Positions 38,671 to 51,009 of a stretch of 64,000 nt of DNA are shown in pieces. Where the stretch lies: contig OZ024741.1 in the NCBI GenBank assembly GCA_964016885.1, positions 23,312,001 to 23,376,000 on the forward strand. Direction: 5' to 3'. The stretch is from Eledone cirrhosa. Its lineage: Eukaryota. The notes under the pieces are model-generated. The model was not told the origin of the DNA and did no database searches. It worked only from the letters and a program-made list of their open reading frames with translations. Position 1 is the stretch's first letter. Each line of letters opens with the position of its first letter. A program made the translations under genes and the position numbers.

Positions 38671-39663
38671 CACAGAAATGCAAAAATACAGTTATATATA
38701 TATATAAGTAGAAGGGATATTCAATTTGTTGGTAATTCAACAAATATTTATAACTCCACATGTTTTCTGGAGTATAATATTCAATGATATTAAATAAATG
38801 GAAACTATATTTAAATATGGTTTTATAAATATAGTTTCCATTTATTTAATATCATTGTATATATATATATGTGTGTGCAGTGTATCCGTAGATAAACGGT
38901 CAAAGAAAACAATGCTCAATCTATTGCAAGAGAGCTTATTTAGTATATATATTTAAAATTCCAAAATTCCATACAGAGAACATGTATGCACGACTTTAGG
39001 TTTTGGTGTCCAGTTAGGACCACCACTGTAAAGTGGAGGGACCGTGTCAACACTGACCTCTCATCGAGCGCCAGGGCAAAATATCGAGGTGACCATAGTT
39101 GGACCCCAGAACCAAAGGTCGCGCATACATGTTAAGTGCATGAAATATTAATTATACTATATATATATATATATAGTATAATTAATATTTCATGCACTTA
39201 ACATGTATGCGCGACCTTTGGTTCTGGGGTCCAACTATGGTCACCTCGATATTTTGCCCTGGCGCTCGATGAGAGGTCAGTGTTGACACGGTCCCTCCAC
39301 TTTACAGTGGTGGTCCTAACTGGACACCGAAACCTAAAGTCGTGCATACATGTTCTCTGTATGGAATTTTGTAATTTTAAATATATATACTAAATAAGCT
39401 CTCTTGCAATAGATTGAGCATTGTTTTCTTTGACCGTTTATCTACGGATACACTGCACACACATATATATATATACAATGATATTAAATAAATGGAAACT
39501 ATATTTATAAAACCATATTTAAATATAGTTTCCATTTATTTAATATCATTGAATATTATACTCCAGAAAACATGTGGAGTTATAAATATTTGTTGAATTA
39601 CCAACAAATTGAATATCCTTTCTACTTATATATATATATAACTGTATTTTTGCATTTCTGTGT
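38670..39663. repeat. ~1-kb spacer-less palindrome centred on (TA)n at 39166/39167
   Basis: Arms of 497 bp are reverse complements with about 3 substitutions seen and no indel. Confidence 0.95.
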
Positions 39664-41197
39664 CTGTTCGTTTTGTTTCATTTATTAAATATACGTGTAT
39701 ATATATATATATATATATATAAAACTAATCGGTTGAAATGGGGGAGGTATTATTTTCCTTTTATTTTGGGATCTAATTGTAAAGATTCCCTGTTAGAAGG
39801 AAACTGTAATAGAGTCGAAATGTCTACAAACGATTTCATAAATGCACGTTTTCTAACAGATAATTACATATTTTGAATGACGATTCTCTCTATATATATA
39901 TTTAGATCCATGCTAAAATAGCTAAATATTGGAAAATTGCCGAATCTAAGTACATTTTGTAAACGTATGGGAAGTTATAACCGTTTACTCCCAAAACATA
40001 GATAAGACTTTTCAACATAACATATCAAGATGGTAACAATTAAAAAAATTAAACATTTTATATATATATGTTTATATATTCTACTCACAACAGGTACCGT
40101 ATTGCAGTGGATGACACAACTGTTAAGTTGAAAACGGTGTAACCACTAATATGTCTCTTCTTTTACTTTGTTCACTAGGATATCGATCTTTTTTCATAGT
40201 CGACCACTGTATAAATGGAAACAAAGCAATGATTGAAACAATGACAAAGGTTATAATTAGCGGCATGAGCCCTTAAAACATTTGTAGTTCTTATAACTAA
40301 ACAACAGCACAAAACAAAAAATATTATTTTCAATAATTAATTGTTTCTACTTTTGGCACAAGGCCAACAAATTATCCAATGTAATACTGGTACTTTATTT
40401 TATCGACCCCGTAAGGATGAAAGGCAAAGTTAACCTTGGCGGGATTTGAACTCAGAATGGCAAGGGCCGTAACTCTATGCGTCAATAATTAATTGTTTCT
40501 ACTTTAGGCACAATGCCAGCAATTACCCAGTGCATTACTGGTGAAAGTTAATAAACCACTGATTTGCTAAGTTGTGATTACACGAATGTCGTATAAATTC
40601 TAAACAAATATCAAGGTATAAGAATTAATTATACCACTCAGAGGACAAATGAGAATTGATAGTTTATTGTTTTGAAGTAAATTAAAATGTTTATTGTGCT
40701 ATTTTAATGCTTTTTATTCGTCGGGCATGCTTCGTAGCATAGAGTTACGTCCCTTTACATACTGAGTTCAAATCCCGCCGAGGTTAGCTTTGCCTTTCAT
40801 CCTTACTGGATCGATAAAATAAAATACCAGTAACTTACTAGGTTGATTTAATCACCTCCCCCCAAAAATGTTGGCTTTGTGTCTAAATCAGAAACTATTA
40901 TTTATAAGTTTATTTTTTTCATCCTTCCAGGATTGATAAAATACAGTACCAGTAATAAACTGAAGTCGATATAATAGACTTTCATCTTCCGACGCTAAAT
41001 TTCCGGGATGCCTTTTTTTAAAAACAATTTTATCTTAATAAAAATATGTTTTTAAAGTAAACATACCACGAACAAAAATAACTGGCTCTATCAAAGTTTG
41101 ACAACCTAACAAGGCCAACAGAAATTTAGGCTGAACACCAACGCGAAAGTTATGGTTAAATTTAGTGTTTGTAAGGTTTTTGGTATTATAGAATGAC

Positions 41198-41516
41198 ACC
41201 CCCACCGATTTTTCTTTCTTTCTTTCTTTTTTTTTCGTGTGCTATCAATTAAACTTACCTCCTGATTTTCCCTGGAAAACGGAGATGGAGAGGGGGGGGG
41301 GTACCTTCGGACATTTCGCCATGCCTCTCCCCCGGAGTTAGGATTAGGGAGGTAAAAAAAACTCTAGATGGGGTGAAAACTCCGAAGGTTCGCCGTCTCA
41401 TCTCTCCTTTTCTTGGAGAAAAATGTCCTTTGCACCACATTAGGAGGTAAGTTTAATTGATAGCACCCAGAAAAACTGAAGGAAAAAATTATTTGCCACT
41501 GAAATCGGTGGGGGTA
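41198..41516. mobile_element. Unclassified MITE with bipartite inverted repeats
   Basis: accccaccgattt / aaatcggtgggggt and gtgctatcaattaaacttacctcct / aggaggtaagtttaattgatagcac. Confidence 0.65.
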
Positions 41517-42489
41517 CCTTTCTATAAATTTACCGATTTTTTTTTTTTGCGGGGGGGGGGGGGGGTATTTAATCAGTATCTTTAAACACCCCCTACCTTA
41601 AGCATAGATCTAGTCACCATCACCCCTTCCCCCTCTTTCTTCCGTGGCCTAATAGTCCTTGCTCTTTCTCTCTCATTTATGGCATTTATAGTACTTTCCT
41701 ATACAGCCAGATTTGCCTTCCTCCCCCGTTTTCATTACTTAACCTAATACTTCAGTAAAGTAAGCTGCCAAACATGACAAAAATGTTGTTGTCACTGGCT
41801 GAGCTCCTTTGAACATCTCAAATACTACAGGCTGTGTGTAATTGTTTACCTTTACGTCACCAGTACACCCTCTGGTGTTAGCCTCCTTGCTATCAACACT
41901 GTGATGCTGTTTCGTTTTATCACTGTCATAAGAAGTGAAGGGACCCACCTTTGCATCTCCTTGCATGTTGTTCACTTGTTTCGCATCTGGTCAGAGAACA
42001 TAGCAAATCTCACACACCCATTCACACCAGTCATTACAAAGGATGTCTGCACCTAATGCTGCCTATGTACCAAGAGGAAGAGAGACAGCCCTCACTTCTG
42101 GCGTGATGTCACTGGGCCCCTCACTTCCGAGTCTCTAGCCCCATGAAGACTAACATCCAAATTTTGTTTTTGTTTCTATTTCCTCCTGGTTCATTGAATC
42201 CCGTTTCATTACTTTTAATTTCCAGTTAGAAACACCTTCAGTTGTACATTTATTGACTTTTATTTGTGTACTTGTTATTTTGCTAAAATGACACACCCTT
42301 TACTGTAACTATATGTTGTCATCTTGTTTTGTTGAGTTGCAATCTTGTGGTCTGGAGGGCATTATCCTAACTTTAAAGCACAGCAATCATAGTGATCTTC
42401 AGTAGCTAGCTGACAAATAAAGCACATTTTTTCTGCTATCCATCCCCATCCAAAACATTTACTTAAATTTCAATCTTTCTAAACACTCC

Positions 42490-42705
42490 TTAACCCTTTA
42501 GCATTTACATTACTCTATATTTACTATTATATTTTCATTGTAAACACTTTATCTCACATAATATCTAATCTATGAGATTTTGATATTGTTTATTTTGAGA
42601 ATAATAGCTTAACATCAGTAAGAGTAGCTAGTTACAGCTGGTTTGAACAGAAAGAGATGAGAGAATTCTGGCTGGATATGACCAGTTTAAATGCTAATGG
42701 GTTAA
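42490..42705. mobile_element. piggyBac-type MITE
   Basis: Same TIRs/TTAA; a partial copy also at 30535-30720. Confidence 0.82.
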
Positions 42706-43198
42706 GCTTTGTTCATATAAGTTACTGCTAGTTTCACAAAGAAAATTTCTAAGAATTTGGCACCTGGGTAGCACTTGGTTTAACAATAATGTTTAAGAAA
42801 CAATTTTATTTCAGCCAAAAATGATTAAAAAAACAAAAACAAAGATGAAACACTATTTTTTTTATTTTTTATGTTTTAAAGTCATTAACATAAAAAGAAA
42901 AAAAAAAACTGATATATTTTAACAAACAACTCACATCTTCATTTAAATTTTCCATCAATCACTGTATTTGTTGGCATATAAAATGGATTTCCTTTTCTTT
43001 ATTTTCTAACTTTAAAACTTCTAAAGTCCACTGTCTGTTAATTCCTGTACTACCATTTATTACAATAAATAAAATGACTATTATTTGTTCCAGCTGACAG
43101 ACTGAGGTCATGCTGGGGCACTGCCATTCTTGGCAAATACATCCTAACTTACTACAAAAAAAAAAGAAAAGAAAGAAAAGGAAACCCCTGCCAGCAAA

Positions 43199-43232
<34 letters not shown>

Positions 43233-43397
43233 TTTGAGGTTGATGAAGGTACTGTTCTAGGGAGTTGTATATCAATATTTTACAGAGTTCAATGAAGTTA
43301 ATAGCAATTGCTAACTGTCCAGCCATTTGTCTTGATGAATCCTTCTGATAACAGACTGAAACTACAGCTGGCTATACAATACAAAGTGTTTTATTTT

Positions 43398-43603
43398 AAG
43401 AAACTTTCAGGAGAGCTGGACAGAAGGTCTTCAGAAAAGAAACTCTCAGGAGAGTTGGACAGGAGAAGGTCTTCAGAGAAAAAACTGTCGGAAGAGATGG
43501 ACAGGTCTTCAGAGAAGAAACTGTCGGGAGAGATGGACAGGAGGTCTTCAGAGAAGAAACTGTCAGGAGATATGGACAGCAGAAGGTCTTCAAAGAAGAA
43601 ACT
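43398..43603. repeat. 36-42 bp tandem repeat
   Basis: aagaaactgtcaggagagatggacaggaggtcttcaga, about 5 units. Confidence 0.9.
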
Positions 43604-44387
43604 CCCCACCACCACCCAAGCAAGTGTTTTGGCCCTTAACATCTATCTAAAAACCTTCCATCATAATTTCATGTGAGAACTTTTGTTAAGTTATGCTCCA
43701 AACACCAGATAAATAATGAGATGGTTAGTTATATTACTAAATCCCTCCAAATTCTTTGTTATTTTCAAAATTATTTGATAATCATAGAAATATAGTAATG
43801 AAAGGATTAAATTCTGTTTACTAATCTTACCAATGTTGGATTATTTTAGAAATTCTACTCATAGTCTTTGAGGTTTATCTTACAAAAGCATTTTTAGGGG
43901 GGAGGGGTTGAAAGGATAGAGGTATTCCTTCTTAGATGGAGTAAGTATAATTTTCAGGGATGTTCCTATGTACTATTTCTACATTGCTGATTGGTTTCTT
44001 GTTAATTAGAGCCCAACCATCATTTAATGTTCATTTTTCATGCTTGCATGAGTTAGACGGGTTGTTACATTATGAGACAAGTCAGGTCCACGGACCACAT
44101 CTTGCTCAAATGGATCTGTATTTTGGCTTGGTTTCTATGACAAGATGCCCTTCTTAACACCAACCACATTACAGTGTGGACTGGGTGCTTTTTGCTGCAT
44201 TACCACCTTACAGGGTGAACTGGGCGCTTTTTGTCGCATCAACAGGATGGTCATGGTGCTTTTGTTATTGTGGCACTGGATAAGCATACAGGGTTACAGG
44301 GTGGACTTAGCGCTTTTTGTCATGGTATATATATATATATATATCAAAATGAAAATCCGAAGGCAAGGTAAAATTCCAATCATTTAA

Positions 44388-44461
44388 TCACGACACATGT
44401 TTCAATAAGAGATAGATCCATTGTGAAGCCATGATCGATTATCACTGATCTCATCAGGTGA
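44388..44461 (-). ncRNA. Type I hammerhead ribozyme in the Penelope 3' pLTR
   Basis: Minus strand: tcac-CTGATGA-gatcagtgata...tatctcttatt-GAAA-catgt-GTC-gtga; stem I 4 bp, extended imperfect stem II, minimal stem III. Confidence 0.75.
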
Positions 44462-45929
44462 AAATGAATTGTCTTCAAATTCTTGATATGAGGGAGAAAT
44501 AAAAAATAACGATGTTCTCTCACAGAATTCATTCCCTCATATGAAGACACACCAGTCAGCGACACGGGGACTGCTGTTAACTTCAGTTGAGGTCATAAAA
44601 GTTTTCAGATTTCTATCGTTGCAAAAGCCGCTGGACATCAATCAAATCTGTCAGTCACAGTAAATGTGAGTGGGTACACACACATATTCCACACCCACAT
44701 ACACCGGCTCGAGGTCAAAGAAAAATATATACATATATATACACACATCAACACAGTATTAAACCTGTAGAGTTAATGTGGGTGGGTACACACACACTCT
44801 CACACACACCGAAGCGATGTCCGAGAAAAAACAAATATAAGAACAAATATAATAAAGTACCAACACAGCACTCACCGAAAGTTAGTTCACAAAACAACAG
44901 AAGCTATATTGGTCAAATCTCAATTTGACGATGTAAATTGGAAATATTGGGTTAACCCCACCCCCCACCCACCCACCCACCCCACACACACACACACAAG
45001 CAAGTAAGTTCAGTTCAGTGTTCTGCTATACGTGTATAGATTGAATTGTAACATCCATATCTTCAAGTGTATGTTATGGTATATACACATCCGAATCGTC
45101 CAAAAAAGGGGGGTATGTCCGGGTATATACACATCCATGTGAAGAGCAAGCAATCAGCTCATGTCGAACTCAGTATGTACCGCTGTCCCATTGAGAATCC
45201 GAGTCACCAAATCCGTGCGTGCAAGCAACCGCAATGTAGGCCAGCAAAGGGCTCCGTGTAGGGTTGGGTATTGGGTAAATGCGTCCGTAAGTGCAATTTC
45301 CCGTCAAATGGGCCAATGGGCTTTTAAGATAGTTGTTTGAGTGGTGGAGTTGTGTTATCCAACACAGAAGGTGAAGTAAAAAAAACACAGGATAGTAAAA
45401 TCTAAAGGATGTGTGTAGGCCCATTAATGGTGTGTCAGTATTATTGTTCAATCCATAACAGTGAGTCCTCCATGGTTAGATGATCATGGATCAAAACCTG
45501 GTGTAGTGTTCACTCGGTAGGATTGACAGTCGTAATTGTGGGAGCTCAATGTCTAAAGGAAACGGGTACTGTATGTAGAGTTATGTATAGAGAGCGTAAT
45601 CGGTCCTAACTAAGTGTGTAAAACGACTAGCTATATCCCAACTGAGAGAAATGGTTAGGGTATCTTAAAGTAAAGGTAGGTGCGCGTAATCGGTCATGTC
45701 TGAGTGTGCAATCAATTACTAACTAGGTATACTAAGTGTGTAATCAATCTAACTATTTACTAGCTAGGTATTCTAAAGTGCACTCAGCTGTGAGAACTCC
45801 GTGGTAACAGGCCAAGTATCGTTTGTAAGTGCGCAAACAATCTTAGCCGTCTAACTACCTGAGTGTGTGACTGTCTGTTTATTGAGAGAACTCTATGGCT
45901 AAAGTAGAGAGGGAGGAGTTAGTGGTAGG

Positions 45930-48678
45930 TTACCTTGCAAAAATCCTGCGGAAGGTTTTCGAGGTTCTATGTTGGCAGTTGCTGAAAAAATTTGCTCTCC
46001 TATTAATTAATAGGGGGCCGCCTCTAATAATATTAAAAGTTTCAGCTATACATAAATTGCAGACGCCAGTGCTGCCACCGTTATAAGGTTGGGCTGAGCA
46101 AACTATGGACCAGGATAAGGAGTGCTCTATATTCTGATGTTTAAGCTTCCAGACTAATTCAGAAAGTGCCGTGCTATTTTTTCTATCTAATCTATTAAAG
46201 GTATGGCAGTGATTATACCATCTATCCTTAAATTCTGTGGCAGTTGCCCCAACATACCTAAAGGTTCTATCAGGAGTGGAGACCTTACAGTCGTAGACTA
46301 TGTTTTTCGTAAGGCATTTCCCAGCGATGGGGCAGGTGGCAGTGCTTCTGCAGTTACATTTTTTGCTATCGACCTGGGTAGTTCCAGATGGACCACGGTA
46401 CCTTTGGGGTCGGGTCTCAGTTCCTGTCTGCTCTATAGGTAAATTCCCTGGGGTTGGGGAGACCCGACTCGCCTCACGTGTATGAGTCAGTTCCTCAATA
46501 GAGCTGCCATTGTTCCTGCCATGCCTAATTCCCTCATGGGCTGTCCTAAGTCTACTATAATTCATCTTAGCTATATTCTGAGCTATGTTACTAGTTGTGG
46601 AGTAGGACAGCTTGATGGTATTTCTATTGAATATTTTATAGTATCTGTGCGATCTAGGGAAGCATTTGTCTAAGGCCCTAAAGAAAAGCTTAGCTATACT
46701 AGTGGTCAGGCCAGTGGAGTAAGGGGGATTATACCACAGGACTTTTCTGGTCCGATGCCTCTTGTTCTTACTAACTATATTAGAATTACCTGTCTCCCTA
46801 GTAGTTACTGGTCTATTGTAACTGGAAATTGCTTGTGGGTTGATGGTGTCCTGGGGTGTCACGATTGTGTTCGGAATCGTCCCAAGTCTCTAGGGTGGTA
46901 TACCCCCGTGCAGCCATTGGGATTACCCTCGATAGCCGGGGTTGTATCCGCTATGCGTCTACTACACCTGTCCCTATTCCCCTTACTCGACCCTCGTTCC
47001 ATATTGCGTTCAACGGTAGTTTTATCGGTTCCACAATTAAGGTTACCATTAGAGTGTCCGCTGGCGTTACGTTGCTCAGACCCCGTGTTAGTACCTGGGT
47101 GGTTGTTTCCATTGGTACCAACAGCATTGGGACTAGGTGGCAATACAACATGAAGTCTATATAAATCCTCCCTTGTATCACACCTGCTGTTAACTAGAGT
47201 GTCACTATTTAGGCCTAAGCTATCGCAGGCAATGTTGCTTCTACTATTTAATGGATGTTTGAATGAGATTCCCTCGCTATGCCCTGCGTATTCCAGGGCG
47301 CTATTATAGTAATTCGAGATCTTAATAAAGGTATCTTCATTGGAAGATAGTCCTGAAATTCTACTAGAGACGCTTTTAGTAATACCATTAGTGACTATTC
47401 TAGGGTGGTTCGATTTTGCATTGACATAGTTTAGATTCTCTTTGGGTTTGTGGTAAGGTTGGAAGAGTCCGGAATTGAGGTTAAGTGTAACATCTAGAAA
47501 ATTAACCATCTTTAAGTTCTCTTCAAATACTATACAAATTTGCTAAGTTTTTTCCTCACCCTCTCTACCATACTATTATTATGGAACGATACAGTAAACA
47601 AAACGTTGTCACGGTAAGCGCCGCCTCCCAAGTGGGGCATTTCCACTCTGAGACAGTCAAGGAGGTAAAGGCCCACCAGATCCGTCACCTGGGCCGAGTC
47701 CGTGGATCCCATGGTGATGTCAAAATTGTCTGGCCAATCCTTCCTGGTCCACAGGTTATCGTTGAATTCAATTAAGGTTTTCCAAGCTAGGAGAATAATG
47801 CTAATTTCTTCGGATGTAAGGTTGGTGTGTAAGCTAGCAAAGTTAAGGGTCCTACCTAGAAGAGTTGGAGAGATTGAAGAGTAGTAATTAGAGATATCGA
47901 ACTGTATAAACTTAGTGCTATTCTTATTCTGCGATTTCTGAAACCAGTTAATTACCTCACTAGTTCCTGACCACAACTTGAGCTTCAATCTCCTAACTAA
48001 AGTGGGGATTATTTTATCAAGGATGTTTTTACTTACGATTCCTATGTCCGACTTCAAAGGGGCTATCAGCCTGACCGGTCTTGATGATTCAAAGTCCAAT
48101 TTGTGGTCTTTCAGCAAAATCCTCGGAGTTCTAGGATGGAAGGGTTTGGTTTTATCCTCAATACCCAGTTTAGTCATGACGCTATTGTCCTCCGTGTTAA
48201 TTAAATCCAGGTTAGCCCATGTAGTTTTTCTGTAGCTTTTCCTAAGTTCTCTAGTTATCAAATCATCATAAGTTACTCTATCCATATCGTACAGGTTGTT
48301 AGTCTTGTCTGCGTGCACCAAAATGCCGGTCGAGTTCTTTAATTTTACTAGATCACCATTCAGTCGTCTTAGGTAGCTTTTTCTCCTGAGTGGGTTTTTC
48401 CTAAACTTAAGGTTGGACACTATGTTAGACATTTCAGTCTCGAATTCCTCCAAGTATTTATTGTGTGGTGGATTTCTTCTGGATTTGAATATTTCCTCGA
48501 AGCCGCGCGTTCCCTCCCTGGGGTGGTTTGTTGGTGTTCCTCTGTCGAAGTGGAAGGCCTTCCAGCGCATTCTACGGACAAAGGAATACGATTTACCTAT
48601 GGCCAACCTTGTGAATTCTTTTATGTTGGGCAAAGGGATGTCCTTAAGTGAAGAGTTCACCGAGAATTTCTCCATCAT
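45930..48678 (-). pseudogene. Penelope-like RT-GIY-YIG ORF broken into three pieces
   Basis: Frame breaks near 47520 and 46860; catalytic YRDD reads YRDN. Confidence 0.88.
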
Positions 48679-50160
48679 ATTCCTTGCTTAACAGCATTAA
48701 GTGCTCAACAAAATTAGGAGCTTTAAGTTGTTATATAGTAAGGTGCATTATTGGTTGTGTAAAATGGTCCAATAACTTTGTTAGCAATATTAAGTTCTCC
48801 ACGCTTTTGTATATCTCAGCTAGATGATGTAAAGGGAACAGCTAGATGATGTAAAACGGAGTATAAGTATCAAAATGAAAATCCGAAGGCATTGGAGATA
48901 TACAAAAGCGTGGAGAACTTAATATTGCTAACACGCTTTTGTATATCTCCAATGCCTTCGGATTTTCATTTTGATACTTATACTCCGTTTTACATCATCT
49001 AGCTTATATATTTATATATAATCATCAAGTTTACTACACAGTTGAATAAGCATATAGTAAATACCTCTCATGCCACATTTCCTCCCTCTTTTTATTTGTG
49101 TTAACTACATCAACCCTGCCTAGTGGTAAGGGTTTGGGACTTACAATCATAATGTCATAGGTTCAACTCCTGGGATGGTTTGTGTTGTGTTCTTGAGCAA
49201 AATACTTCATTTCACATTACTCCAGTATACTCAGCTGAAAATGTATACCAGCAATAGCTGGAGGTTTAACCCTGTGATGGACTGGTGTCCTGTTCAGGGG
49301 GAATCTTTACTCTCAGTAACTTCATACCACAAAACCAGTATAAGCACTGGCCTGACAAGACTTCTGGTTTAAGACAGACTTTAGACCAGAGAGAGAGACA
49401 TCAACCTAATATATAGAGAAAAGTTCATCTTACTAATGATATTCTGAGAAACCAGAAGTATTGGTAGAACATAGAGGTAAATAGTGACTGTTAATAAAGG
49501 TTTCTAATTTAGGCACAAGGCCAGCAATGATGGCAGGAATGGAGTTTGATTACATCTGGTACTTTATTTTATCAACCCTAGAATGGTAAAGTTTATCATG
49601 GTGAGAATTGAACTGGAATATATACAGCAAAGCATTTTGTTTGATTTTCTAAAGATTCAGTCAATCCATCTGACCCTTGAACAATTACTATTAACAACTG
49701 TTTCTACTTTTGGCAGCACAAGCCCAGTAATTTGAAGGAAATGGGGAAGTCAATTTAAATCGACCTCAGTGCATTACTGGTACTTTATTTCATCGACCAT
49801 AGTTATTATTAATAATAAATATTATATATATACATATATCAAAATTATGATAATGATGATGATAATGTTAGCAAGAAAGAATGTGTAAAAATTTCAAGTT
49901 AAGCTGTTATCTATGAATGCTTCTTATATATAACATTTATGAAACTATGTTGTGTGGATTTAGTTTAAAATAGGTAGACAGCATTCCTACTTTCAAGTCT
50001 TGAATAATCATATTCCCCCACATATTAATTTTTCAAATTCCCCCGTCCCAAACACACTTTTATTACAACACCACCGCTTATTAAATTTTACTAATCTATT
50101 TCCGACAAAATTTTATTTTAAGTGGTAGCATTCCTGGGACAATCATTTTCTTTCGACATT

Positions 50161-51009
50161 AAATGCAGGGAATTTGTGCTAAGTTAATAATTCAAAGAAA
50201 TCAAATTCTTTGAAATTCAAATTAATTAGTTTGGTCTATACCATTTTCTAAGAATGAATTTGGCTGTGTGGACAGGGACTGAAGCCAGTTGTGAGAGTAT
50301 ATTCCACTTTTCCAAGTTACATAGCTGGCAAAACTTTGTCTTATTAACATAGGGGGTAGATTTTTCTAATATATTCCATTTAATGGAAAAAGGTGTGCCA
50401 TTATTTTTAAGGCTCCATACATGGTTTGCAAGCTAGGTGACATGTTTTTTGTCAGGATGTCTGAAAGTTGTTTCATGGTTCAGGTACTGGCTTTTGAATC
50501 GGCTCTCAGACATTCCGACATAAGTCCAGGCTTCAGTTTGGTGGAGGTCACTTCTGCTTGATATGTCACCGCTGGAGTGTTGCATTGTTGGTTGTTGATT
50601 TTATCAGATAGGACGAAAGTTCTATCAGAGGATCTGAAGTTTTTAATGTCTCTGCTTATTTTGTTTTGAAAAGAATTGGAGTGTTTGCAGAAAGATATGT
50701 TAGCAACTAGATTAAGAAGATCAGCTTCAAAACTAGTGAGTTCATTTACCTTAGGTGAGTACCTTCTAGACTTAAGGTTGAAAATATTGGCTGAACTTGC
50801 TAGTATACCATCAAAGGCCAGTGTCCTCCATCTCAATCGCTTAACCACATCTTCAACTTTGTGGAGGAGTTTAGAGTAAATCCTGCGTGAAGGGGTCAGC
50901 ATATTCTTCAAGGAGTAAACAATCTCTCGGAGGTCCATTTTCACGTTGTGCCGGGTACTCGGAATTTGATTTCTTTGAATTACTAACTTAGCACAAATTC
51001 CCTGCATTT
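50161..51009 (-). mobile_element. Internally deleted Penelope-like (Naiad-type) element flanked by 48-bp inverted repeats
   Basis: YSLKN..TPS...KRLRWR, SDK.NN, then TYQAEV..YVG-like and FCQLCNLEK GIY-YIG remnants; aaatgcaggg...aaattc inverted at both ends. Confidence 0.8.

Larger units (their letters stand above)
44342..49004 (-). mobile_element. Penelope-like retroelement, Naiad-type (RT + GIY-YIG)
   Basis: SLKDIP...RMRWKA N-terminus, ADKT, FDI..YY.SI, TMGS.D, NFLDVT, WYNPPYS, CNCR...CP..GKC, YVG.T...FKDRW.NH, C.LC..E; 24-bp terminal repeat tatcaaaatgaaaatccgaaggca at 44342 and 48868. Confidence 0.92.

Noticed and set aside
43308-43676. 122-aa ORF with SSEKKLSGE repeats
   Set aside because: Explained by a 36-42 bp tandem repeat; no convincing splice or start context
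45930-48678. Selenocysteine recoding as reported for some Naiad elements
   Set aside because: All zinc-ligand positions read as Cys; the TGA at 46859-46861 is followed by a TAA shortly after, so it is a frameshift, not read-through; no SECIS identified by eye
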